Below, in pieces: positions 25,826 through 37,433 of a DNA stretch of 41,822 nucleotides; the first letter of the stretch is position 1, and each line of letters begins with the position of its first letter. Source of the DNA: Octopus bimaculoides. Taxonomy: Eukaryota. The translations under genes and the position numbers were made by a program. The notes under the pieces are model-generated. The model did not search any database. It saw nothing but the letters and a program-made list of their open reading frames with translations, and was not told the DNA's origin. The stretch spans positions 101,685,800-101,727,621 of the forward strand of contig NC_068985.1 in NCBI RefSeq assembly GCF_001194135.2, read 5' to 3'.

Positions 25826-26120
25826 AATAATATACATTGCCTCGCAATAAAGTTAATTCTCTTAAACTTTCTTAGGAATGTGGCGTTATGTAAAAGTGGA
25901 TCAGCATGTTGTAACATAATGTAAGGACTACGTTTCAGCTGCTACACTCCTGTCTACGTATGTAGCAATTACAGTGATTGTGTATGATTTACTTTTTTTC
26001 TAAATATGCTAAAGAATAGAGTTCATTCAATTGAGGAACGGATACTTTACTTAATTTTTTTTGTTGGAAACTGAAAGAATTCTGTGGAATATATGATTGC
26101 GTAAGGTCATATTGTGTGCA

Positions 26121-26327
26121 TGTGTGTCTTTATTCCCCACACCACCCAACGTTTGTCAATCGATATTGATTGCGATTGCAATCTTAGCAGCTCGGCAAAG
26201 GAGACCTATAGAATAAGAAGCACCTGTTTAAGATAATAATTAATGGGGCGAAATAAAGATTCTTCCAGAGGGTTCCACAGCATATTTGCAGACTAATGAT
26301 GGAGACAATTAAAATATAAAAGATAGA
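26121..26327 (+). mobile_element. Old degenerate SINE-A 3' half
   Basis: CTTAGCAGCTCGGCAAAGGAGACCTATAGAATAAG is similar to the reverse complement of 5915-5960. Confidence 0.55.
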
Positions 26328-26400
26328 CAATAAAACGATAACAGATAAACGCAGCCTGAAAAAAAGAGCTCGTTGAAGATAAAAGCCATCTAAAACTTAC

Positions 26401-26471
26401 ACATGTTTCACAATAATTCTAACATTTGAATTCGTTTCTGACGTTGTAGTATACTTCTGAGAAGGCAAATA
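26401..26471 (-). CDS. Candidate internal exon (YLPSQKYTTTSETNSNVRIIVKH), phase 0 to 2
   Basis: CTGCTTCACAG acceptor, GTAAGT donor, phase-compatible with exon 23602-23875. Confidence 0.35.
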
Positions 26472-27207
26472 CTGTGAAGCAGTAATCGAGCAAATTCAAC
26501 TACAGTACATAGCTGTGTATATACACTTAGTACATGTCGGTTTGGTTGTCTCTTTATCGTTATGCCTCGCCTTTCTTCATGTTCATCCCCCTTTAATACA
26601 ATGTATCTGTCTTTCAATCATCTCCTTTATTTGAATGTCATCTAAAGGCTGTACACCTTCGTTGCTGGACGACAGTAGATTAAGCGCAGCGAATGATGTG
26701 ACCGGGCTACCTCGACTGTTCCTGTAAACTGACACTTACCCGTGGCTCTTCGGAGCAACGTAACTACAAAAGTGTCATAATTTCGTTAATGTAAATACTG
26801 AAATAAGAAGGAATACATTTCACAATCTAAATAGATGTTTCTCATTATAAGAAAATGTAACTTCACAACGAAGTTTTTACTTATAGTCGTTCTACGTATT
26901 TGGTCGTATCACTTTCCTGTCTATTAACGAAATTGTTCGAAGAAATTGGACAAGAAGACAGGCACCACTTCCGCATTGAAAGCGGGTTTTGAATATACAA
27001 TCGTTCTGAGACAGGAACACTTTATCACGTACATGGCAGCAGATAATCTTAGACTCTCCTCATAAACTTTTGATATCCTGAAAAGCACACGAAATTGTAT
27101 TTCAATGTTTTCTCACAAATCGCTGATCACTATTGCTATTTCACATATTTCACATATTTTGTCGATCAGTCAAAAAGAACAGGTCTTATTATTATCAAGC
27201 AAGAATT

Positions 27208-27432
27208 GGCGGTGAGCCGACATAATTGTTAGAACGCCGGACAAGATGCTTAGCAGCTTTTCGTTCGTCTTTACGTTCTGAATTCAAATTCCACCTCGGT
27301 CAACGTTGCTTATGTTCCTTTTGGCGTCGATAAAATAAGTACCAGTTTAGTTCTGGGGACAAATTAATTGGCTTGTCCTACCATCACCACCACCTCACTA
27401 CAAAATTGCTGCCTTTTGCCAAAATTTCAAAA
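27208..27432 (+). mobile_element. Older SINE-B copy with a third tail type
   Basis: GGCGGTGAGC...TGCTTAGCAGC...GAATTCAAATTCCACCTCGGTC...GTCGATAAAATAAGTACCAG; the tail ends CAAAATTTCAAAA. Confidence 0.8.
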
Positions 27433-27438
27433 TAAATA

Positions 27439-27654
27439 TTCATTTCTACTCTAGGTACAAGGCCTGAAATTTTTAGGGGAGGGGACCAGTCGATTAGATC
27501 GATCCCAGTACGCAACTGGTACTTAATTTATCGACCCCGAGAGGATGAAAGGCAAAGTCGACCACGGCGGAATTTGAACTTAGAACGTTAAGACAGACAA
27601 AATACAGCTAAGCATTTAGCCTGGCGTGCCAACGTTTCTGCCACTTCGCCGCCT
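27439..27654 (-). mobile_element. Full-length SINE-B monomer (tail type 2)
   Basis: Complete head (GGCGGCGAAGTGGCAGAAACGTT), B-box-like AGTTCAAATTCC, core, and a tail ending CTAGAGTAGAAATGAA on the minus strand. Confidence 0.9.
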
Positions 27655-27659
27655 TAATT

Positions 27660-27762
27660 TATTAGCATACCGGGCAAAAAGTTTAGCAGTATTTCATCTG
27701 TCTTGAATTTCACCGAGATCATCTTTACCTTTCATCGTTTCGGAGTCAATAAAACACAGTAC
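27660..27762 (+). mobile_element. SINE-B fragment starting at the TTAGCA position and ending in the core
   Basis: CCGGGCAAAAAGTTTAGCAGTATTTCATCTGTC...TTTACCTTTCATCGTTTCGGAGTCAATAAA aligns to the SINE-B head and core. Confidence 0.7.
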
Positions 27763-28366
27763 AATGGCTGGACAAAGACGAGCCACCATAACAGTTGAAA
27801 AAGCGAAATTCATCAAAAGAAGCTGATGGTGTGTGTTTGGTGGTCTGGCGCAGATGTGATCCATTATGATTTCATTAAACTTGGCTGATGAATCACGGCC
27901 GAAGTATACTGCAGTCAACTGGACCAAATGATGCAGAAACATAGAAACAAAACAGCCTATATTAGTCAACGGATCCACTCATATTTTATTGCAAGGCAAC
28001 GCCAGACCACACATCGCAGAAATGACGTTGGCGAAACTTCAGGAGTTGGAGTTGGAAGTTCTCCATCGTCCACCATACTCACCAGCTCTTCCCCCATTGA
28101 ATACCATTTCTTCCAGAATTTGGAAAATTTTTTGATAGGGAAAAAATTTAATTCTCACGATTCTGTAAAATAGTCCTTCCAAGATTTTATGGACACTAGC
28201 TTGCCAGGTTTTTACAGTTCCAGGCTGGGCAAGCTGCCGCTGAAATGGCAAAAGTGTATTGGCAATATTGGTGCATACTTTGATGAACAAACGTATTACT
28301 TGTATTTATAAAACATTAATGAACACTTTTTTACTTTTCTACGAATTTCATACTTGACGACTTAAT
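27763..28366 (+). pseudogene. Mariner (DD34D) transposase relic: C-terminal catalytic half plus probable right terminal repeat
   Basis: Piecewise translation gives WLDKDEPP, IHQKKLMVCVWW, LLQGNARPH (HDNARPH motif), HRPPYSPAL (YSPDL motif), EYHFFQNLENFL and LPLKWQKCIGNIGAYFD, with stops and frameshifts. It ends near TA at ~28366; the left TIR is absent. Confidence 0.9.
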
Positions 28367-29358
28367 TATATATCAGCGTATTGCTGATCCGAACTAATAT
28401 CGTACAGAAGCTCATGCAAAACACTCGTAAGTTAGACAGTGTCATGCACTGGTTATATTATGAAAACACTTCCTTATACATACACACAGGCAAACACACG
28501 CACACACACACATATACGCATGATTTTATGCACGGCCTATATGGAAATAATCTCTTTTAATTTTGGATTACAATTTTACATTTCATCTGTGTTGCTAAAT
28601 GTTTAATAGTTAAGAAATATGTGCTTCCATTTGCTTTCATATACAATTCAATTTTGTTTCATAACATTACTTTCCAAATGTATTTTTCAAAGCGTCAGTA
28701 ATAAGCATCATTTAAAACTTGAACTCTCACATGATTCGTATATATNNNNNNNNNNNNNNNNNNNNNNNNNNNNNNNNNNNNNNNNNNNNNNNNNNNNNNN
28801 NNNNNNNNNNNNNNNNNNNNNNNNNNNNNNNNNNNNNNNNNNNNNNNNNNNNNNNNNNNNNNNNNNNNNNNNNNNNNNNNNNNNNNNNNNNNNNNNNNNN
28901 NNNNNNNNNNNNNNNNNNNNNNNNNNNNNNNNNNNNNNNNNNNNNNNNNNNNNNNNNNNNNNNNNNNNNNNNNNNNNNNNNATATATATATTGATGATGA
29001 TAATAATGATAATAAAAAATCTGAATAATTTTACATAATACTATGTTCTGATCAAAAGAAATTATTTCCAAGTACTATTACTGCCTTTTTGGGGGTTTGT
29101 TAAATATCTAATTTGTTTATGAATGTATAAACTTTTACTTACAAAAATATTTTCTTTTTTACTCTGCTAAACTAAGTAATTTAGTATTTGTTCTAGAAAT
29201 TATTTACGTAAGTATGAATAAGTAGATTACAACAATTATTATGCACAATTATATAATTTTGAATAATTGTAACTATGTGAATCAGTTGCGATATAATCTA
29301 AGCTTCATAGTTTTAATAATTCTTTATAATATAGTGTATTTTATAGATTCTATTCTTA

Positions 29359-29770
29359 TTCCAACATTCTAATTTCGCTACATCTGAAAGATTTTGTAAA
29401 ATGTTGAAATATATTATTTATAGTTTATGATGTCTTTATCTAAGAAATAATATAGGTTATATTGATAGTAGATCTATATTTTATATTTATGTTTTTGTTA
29501 ATTTACATTTACACAATTCTTCCTTCGACATTTTACGTAAATAAGGACCATTATTTGTTAGTTACTTTGGATAATATTTATTCCAGTAACTTCTAATTTT
29601 GTTACTTCTAAAAGACTTGGTAAAATTTATCTTTTTCTCTCAGAAACGATATAGGTTATAATTATCATAGATCTAAGATTCTGTTTATTTTCTTTAGCGG
29701 TTTCTCCCTTCGATAAAATGCGTAAATAATGAACAGTATTTGTTAGTTACTCTGAATAACATTTATATCA
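29359..29770. repeat. Diverged ~190-220-bp tandem duplication in very AT-rich DNA
   Basis: TATAGGTTAT at 29451/29650; CTTCGA at 29523/29708; TATTTGTTAGTTACT at 29552/29737; TTCC...TTCTAATTT...AAAGA...GTAAAAT at 29359/29581. Confidence 0.8.
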
Positions 29771-31352
29771 AAACATTTAAATAAATGAGATGTATTATTA
29801 TATGTTATCACTATATTGATATAATCCTATATTATCATTATATATAATTTATATATATATTCTTTCAGTTATTTATAAATATTTGAAACTTATTGCATAC
29901 AAATAAATTGTTAGTTTATATACTAGAAATATGTTTCTTTTTCGAACATGTATAAGCTTATTTATAGAATAAATATTTACACGAATAAATATTTACACAA
30001 TTTACTACCGTCTCTTAAACTAAGTAGGATTCTGATACTTCATTTATTTATGTATTGTTATTATTGTATATCATTAAAATAGCCAGTGATTGTTTTCGAC
30101 TTAAATGCATTTGAACTGATATTATTGGAGACATATAGAAACATTTTGAAAGTTGCAGAGTTTCTTTACTTAATTATTTTGCCTGTTATTTTTATTCTTT
30201 TATGCTACTTGTTATGTATTTGAATAGTTAACGCTCATGCTCCTAAATATAGGTAATTTGAATCAATAGCTTGCTCACTGGCAATCCTTTTATATAGAAT
30301 TTCGTCAATCTTTTGAACTAAAACGCTGAAGAGACTTGTATACATGGAGATGTATTGCTTATAAACCAAATAATGTATATACGTCGAAACACAAATTGTT
30401 GTCTTTTTCGGTTTTTTAATAATTCGTTCTTATATTATATTTACTAGCAAACCTAGGAGGGTGTAAAGTATGCATGTATTTATAGTGAAAAATGGCATGG
30501 GAAATGTAACTATTGGTTTTCATTATACTTATGTACAGCTTTACATAGTACATAGTCAATATATTATTACGTTTACAAAACTTCCCTGTAAACGATATTT
30601 TGTGTTTGATAACTTTCGCTGTCATGGTCAATGGGACGATCGCCCGCTACACTCTTCCTTCCAAACAGTGGTGTAAACAGCGGAAGTCAGCTAGAATGTT
30701 AAAAATTAGTGCGCATCCATAGCAAAGTTACAGGTCAACCTTAACCAGGCGGCTTTACTCTGCGTGCTTTAACATCTTTACCACGGCAACAGTCCGGATA
30801 CTTATTGATCAAACTTCATATATGTGTGTGTGTATGCATAAAAGAGAGAGATAGAAGAGAGAGACAGAAATACAGATACACGATAATTGATTAAATACAA
30901 TTTATATATGCATATGTATATACATATATACGCACGCATATATAAATATACATGCATATATGTATATACGTATTTATATTAACAAGTCTAAATGTATATA
31001 AACGCACAAACACACACACAAAGAACACATACACACAGGCACACGCATATATCACATTTAGGTGTATGTATTTATGATTCGGCATATATCTAAATAACAC
31101 TACATATGTGTGACTCATGTTTTCTTTCCTACCTACCATATAATGTATAAGAAAATCATACAACATTGTTACACAGTACTTTATGCTGAATGACTTTCAA
31201 ACAATTACGAGACCCAGTGGTGCATTTCTGCTTTTGTTGTAATAATGATCGACTGCATCAGTGTGTCGAGAACCGCCTGAGGTGATTAATTTTCTTCTAA
31301 CCAATATTACCTACAGACCTCTTACTGTTTTCAAACAGACACGCGCACATAT

Positions 31353-31417
<65 letters not shown>

Positions 31418-32302
31418 NNNNNNNNNNNNNNNNNNNNNNNNNNNNNNNNNNNNNNNNNNNNNNNNNNNNNNNNNNNNNNNNNNNNNNNNNNNNNNNNNNN
31501 NNNNNNNNNNNNNNNNNNNNNNNNNNNNNNNNNNNNNNNNNNNNNNNNNNNNNNNNNNNNNNNNNNNNNNNNNNNNNNNNNNNNNNNNNNNNNNNNNNNN
31601 NNNNNNNNNNNNNNNNNNNNNNNNNNNNATATATATAAGTACATACACATATAAATACATATATACACATATAAAATACATACACACACACGCGCACATA
31701 TATATATACGTTCGTATATTTACATATATATGCTCGCCTACAGTTTGAATCTTAAAAATATTATATGAGTTTCTAATATAGAAGTAAAAATTATATGAAC
31801 ATAATAACACGATAAGTATGCTAAAGCTGTCAACGATATTTACTGATGGGAATTTGGAAATGTAAACGTGTAAAAGAAATCTGATAAAATTCAAAAGACA
31901 ATGACGTGAACTGGAAAAAAAAAAGTAAAGAAACATACTCGCAGAATATTTAACAGCAATAGCAGCAACAACAATAACAATGCTTATATCATAATGAATT
32001 GTAAAACTTTATATTCTAACCGTGAGAAATATTTCAGGAACTCACTATATAACCTTTATTTTGCAGTGTACGCGTTACCATATTTTAAAGTTTGATAAAT
32101 GGTTTCAACGATTATTTTAACATCTAAGACCATATCATAAATATTCCGTAAATGGTTGAAATAGAGCGATTTACAATGTAATCAGAGCCAGGTGGGAAAT
32201 GTACAGAAAATGTTCCTGATTTCTGTCAGAGAAACAAAAGTAAGTTTGTTAAATATTTGAAAGCTCCTAAATGTAATTTAGTTGACACCAGAATGGATAG
32301 TA

Positions 32303-32335
32303 AACGTTCTGAGTTTAAATTCCACCTAGGTCGAC
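32303..32335 (+). mobile_element. Short SINE-B B-box fragment
   Basis: ACGTTCTGAGTTTAAATTCCACCTAGGTCGACT matches the SINE-B head. Confidence 0.6.
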
Positions 32336-35300
32336 TAGTTGAACATTGGAAAAACAAAGGATGCATCTTAGTTTAAAATACACGAGTGCCAGTTTATTTA
32401 TAATATATGTGTTTTCTTAAGCCAACAACAACAACATTGATTAGAGAATATTAACTGTAGAATGTTGAAATGTGTAGAATATAAACTAGTTCTCAACTTC
32501 ATATTGATATGTGTGCGTGAGTGCGTGTGTGTTGTGTATGTGAGTGTGTGTATGTAAAATACCTTGTATATAGAAGCTTAAGGTACGTGATAGTGTGCGT
32601 GATACGTAATTATAAGCCCAATATATGCTCCATATGTAAAAATACGCGCATTACAAATTTTGATAATACAACAATGTATGGTTTTGGTATAGTGATATTG
32701 TATAACAATTTACAACAAAATGATTGGGCATATGGATTTCATTCATATCCGAATCCCTTAAATGTAAAAAACGACGGTGAAAAGCAACATATTTTTTATT
32801 TATATACATTCATATATTATTGAAGAGGATGTTTAACTATTTAGCAAGGTACCTTCTGATCGTTACTGTTTTTCACATGTATAAAACAAGGAAAGATCGG
32901 TGAAAACAGAAACAGGTTTCAGAGATGGAATCCGTTTACAGATTGCGGAAAGAAGATCAATTTAAAATGAAGGAAACAGCGATAAACTTTTGATGTTATC
33001 AGAACTGACAAGTCGGTAGTGGTTATGTCACTTACATTTTAAATTGGATTTTGACAATCACTCTTTTACTAAGAATGTATATCTAGCTATCGCTCTTTCT
33101 CTCTTTCTTTTTATATATGTATCTACCTTTCTCTGAACACACATATGTATATGTAAAAGTATATATATATACATGTGCAGATGTATGTATGTATATATGC
33201 ATTATGCATTTAAATAATTTTAACGATTTGGTGTAACTTGTCTCTACTTATTTGTTTTCAGAATGCCATACGTTATAGTAACTATAAAAGATTGTCGCCG
33301 ATAGAAATTAACATTTTATTGATTGTACGATTGTAAACAAAGACATATTGTACAAGATACATCAGTAGTCTTTCCAGATATCAGCTGACACGGTAATTCT
33401 TTTATTGTATGCTTTGTGATATTACAATTGGTGTGAAAGTTAGTGATATCTTATATGTTAATTTTGCATGGCTGGTTTAGATTTATATATAGATCACTGA
33501 TACCTTGTACAATATCATATTATACGGGTTGTTGTATGGCGATATAATAATACCCTTTTATGTTTATTTTGAGACTGCAGTACACTTCTTATCGAGAACG
33601 TTATCATTTTGCTAAGCAGCCACAATAGTGTCTCATTCATATTTGTCTACGAAGGAAATTCAGTTTTGTTAATATTTGGTGGCAGTTTCCACAAAAGCCA
33701 ACACACGTACATATCTGATGACGCCAATAAATTTATTTTAATAACCTCCCGTCCACGATATCAATTTGAATAGTTGGGTTTAACTGAGGAATTGTGATAT
33801 TGCGATACAATTCTTTCAACTATTTCAGTGTTTCATCTAATTAATGTATTTAAGGATTGTTCAGGATTCGATTTGTCTTGTTTGCATAGATTCAATATAT
33901 TCTTAATCGAGCTTAGAATTGCATTTGCATTCAGAATTTAATTTGTCAAGGGCTATATTATCTGAAATGCCTTTCTAGTTAGTGGAAGATGTCGTTTTAA
34001 TAATGGGAGATTGTACAGAATATTCAAATACGTTTGGACTTTCAATATTTGCTTGAACACCCCAAAAAGTGCTGAATTTTCTAATAGACTAGAATGATAC
34101 CAAACTAGCATTGGGTGCAGAAAAAAAGGTGAGTATGCTGGAGTATCTCTCCTTGGTTATTGAAGGTAATTATGCGTACATGCTCACACTTAACTCGATT
34201 TGTGCGTGAGAGCACCTGATTGAAATGAGTATAAAACATCATTATATCGTTTAGTATATATAATCATAAAGCACATAAGCTTGCATTACATTTAGTTCAA
34301 CCTTCGACTGAGCTTGCATTTGGGCCATTGCCTTACCGTCCGCTACACTAGGTACGCGAACACGTACGATGACGTATTTTATTTTACTCAAATTTAAACA
34401 CTATTATTCCGAATTCAACCACTGTATGGCTTCATTTGAATTTGTTGCGAACTTCGTGTTAAAAGAGCTGAACTACTTTTTACGATATAGATTCAAATGT
34501 CAGAGTGTATGTTTGTGTCCTGCGTTCATCTTTGACAATAGTGTTGGATTTTCGCTCTTAGACTATATAGTTTGAATATATCCATGCAAACATACAAACA
34601 TTTAACTCTTGAGTATTAATGCTTGTTTATAAGACTAAACGCTATTTTGTTTATGTTGATTTGTTTGTCTTTCAATCACTCTTATTTCACAAATTTCAGT
34701 TCTTTACTTTCTTATGATGCATCGTGTGAAGTTTTATACTTGGTTCCACATAACCTTCTGACGTGGGTCATTCGTAATCCATCATAGCTAAACGAGCAAA
34801 ACCGGCAGTATAATTCAATTAGTCAGGAACCACAGTGTCAAGTCTGATATATCCAGACGTATAACTATTCAAATATTATCTAACTCATATTTACCAATTT
34901 AAAATATTTGGCGAACAATGCATTCTACTTAATAAAAGGAGAAATCTCAAGGGTTTTATTGTAGCTGAACATTTATTAGCTGATGTGTCCAGGAAGTTTA
35001 CATCGTCTGAATTGTAACTGTAGTAAGCCGAACATTCCCTAGCATTTTCACCTAACCTAAACAATTTCTACATCTTTCCTTTCATTAGAAATAAATTACA
35101 GTATGTAAGTAAACGACAGCAATGTATTTAACGGGTTGCATATATATTTACACAATCGGTATCTTTTTAGAATTCTTCTCTAAGGAATTAGTGAACAATT
35201 TTGGAGTTATTTCTGTTGGTTTATTTAGAAACTTGTCCAAATGTAAACTGCTTAATTCCATCTGGGAATTCTGGTAAAGTTCGAAAACTATCCTAATTTT

Positions 35301-35732
35301 CTTAATATAGTTAACAAATTTATAATAATATAAATTATTTAGTGTGTATTAGTTTTCGTTTTCAAATATTCTTTACATGTGCGTCAGATAAATATATAAT
35401 TATGTCTACTATTATATTCATTACAATGAGAGAAAAATAGTGACCATACAGTTATTTCTTATATAAAAGAAATACCTTTTCGTTTTTGTAAATTTGCGTT
35501 ATACACGACATAGTATAACAAAACAATTGCTTTTGCCTGTTATCTCGTTATCTCGTACACGAATAAAATTAACTTTCCTTTACTGCGTTATTTTTTCTAT
35601 ATAATGAAGCTATTGACATTTCTTTAGAAGCTATAAATGTAGCTTCTAAATTTTAAGTTACTTCACAGTAACAAAGTCAACAATGTTATAATAGATTTGC
35701 TGTTACCTACATTTTCACTCCTGTAATATATT

Positions 35733-36350
35733 CTTTTCTACTGTAGCCACAGGGTCCGAAATGTTTGGAGTGGAGGCCAGTCGATTAGATCGATCCCCGT
35801 ACACAAATGGTACTTAAGTTATCGACCCCGAATGGATGAAAGGCTAAGTCGACATCGGCGGAATTTGTACTCAGAATATAAAGACAGACGTAATACCGCT
35901 AAGCATTTCCCATTTCTTTACCACCCAAAAGGGGCTACACACAGAGGAGACAAACGGATTAAATAGATTATATCGACTCCAGTACGTAACTGGTACTTAT
36001 TTAATCGACCCCGTAAGGATGAAAGGCAAAGTCGACCTCGGTGGAATTTGAACTCAGAACATAGTGGCAGACGGAATACCGCTAAGCATTTCGCCCGGCG
36101 TGCTAACATTTCTTATTTCTTTACTGCCCACAAGGGGCTAAACATAGGGGGGGGGGACAAACAAGGACAGACAAAGGGAATAAGTCGATTACATCGACCC
36201 CAGTGAGTAATTGGCATTTAATTTATCGACCTCGAGAGGATGCAAGGCAAAGTCGACCTTGGCGGAATTTGAACTCAGAGCGTAACGGCAGAGGAAATAC
36301 CGCTAAGCATTTCGCCCAGCGTGCTAACGTTTCTGCCAGTTCGATGCCTT
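35733..36350 (-). mobile_element. SINE-B head-to-tail trimer (units 36350-36108, 36107-35910, 35909-35733) inside one 15-bp TSD
   Basis: GAAAGG..AAGTCGAC..CGG.GGAATTTG and ATACCGCTAAGCATTTC motifs each occur three times. CTCCTGTAATATATT (35718-35732) vs CTCCCGTAATATATT (36352-36366), one mismatch. Confidence 0.9.
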
Positions 36351-36983
36351 GCTCCCGTAATATATTTCCGCACTTAAATCTATAAACTTCAGCCATGCAC
36401 GCTAACACATCAGAATGAAAAATTGAAACAATGATTAGCGCATATGCGTCTGTTTTTACGCGTGGCTGTGTATGTACGTTTTCACAAATTACCTTATCCA
36501 GAAAAGAGTCTACGGTCACGACACTGCGTTATGTTAAAGTCGGTAAAGACTTTGTCTGCTCACAAAGTATCATAGTCTTTTAAGCGGCTACAGGTGTATG
36601 CCGCGTGTTTAATACAGGCACACGATGTGATTATACACTAATGCATGTTATGATAGGATAGGATAAAAATTGACTTACTAATCGATATGTTCCATATTCA
36701 CACTACTATGCATTAAGCGAATAATGCATCGTTGTGTTACCATGCAATTCTAGGTACTTGGTATTCGCATTAAGTTACGTATCTTAATTTAGAATTATGT
36801 AAAATAGTCATGTTTGTGTATCCAGACATGCTTATCAAGTAACACATGCATGAATGAAAGACAGTTCATGACTCCACATCTCATGCAAGAAAGAACTGTC
36901 TCATCCTCTACATAGTATAAACTCTCAGCAAAAATCAAATAAATTGGGGATATATTAAAAAAAAACATGATGAACATGACGTG

Positions 36984-37124
36984 GATCGGAGTGACTGTGT
37001 GGTAAGGATATTCCGGGTTCAGTCTCACTGCGTGGCACGTTGAGCAAGTGACTTCGACTACAGCCTCGGACCGACCAAAGCCTTGTGAGAAGATGTGGTA
37101 GATGGAAACTGAAAGAATTTCACC
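36984..37124 (+). mobile_element. SINE-A 5' half running into (TA)n and a gap
   Basis: GGAGTGACTGTGTGGTAAG...CCGGGTTCAGTC...GGAAACTGAAAGAA matches the reverse complement of ~280-392. Confidence 0.85.
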
Positions 37125-37402
37125 TATATATATATATATATATATACATACATATATATATAGANNNNNNNNNNNNNNNNNNNNNNNNNNNNNNNNNNNN
37201 NNNNNNNNNNNNNNNNNNNNNNNNNNNNNNNNNNNNNNNNNNNNNNNNNNNNNNNNNNNNNNNNNNNNNNNNNNNNNNNNNNNNNNNNNNNNNNNNNNNN
37301 NNNNNNNNNNNNNNNNNNNNNNNNNNNNNNNNNNNNNNNNNNNNNNNNNNNNNNNNNNNNNNNNNNNNNNNNNNNNNNNNNNNNNNNNNNNNNNNNNNNN
37401 NN

Positions 37403-37433
<31 letters not shown>

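Noticed and set aside
29967-29998. Perfect 16-bp tandem duplication GAATAAATATTTACAC x2 (similar 7-10-bp doublets near 3307, 27139 and 35539)
   Set aside because: Ordinary replication-slippage duplications with no intervening element.
34090-34135. Plus-strand mini-exon candidates (also ~2432-2459 and ~6252-6282)
   Set aside because: Isolated AG/GT pairs are expected frequently by chance, and no phase-consistent plus-strand chain or longer coding exon supports them.
35918-36519. Two similar ORFs (LARRAKCLAVF / LARWAKCLAVF) suggesting a tandem protein repeat
   Set aside because: They are translations of consecutive SINE-B units.
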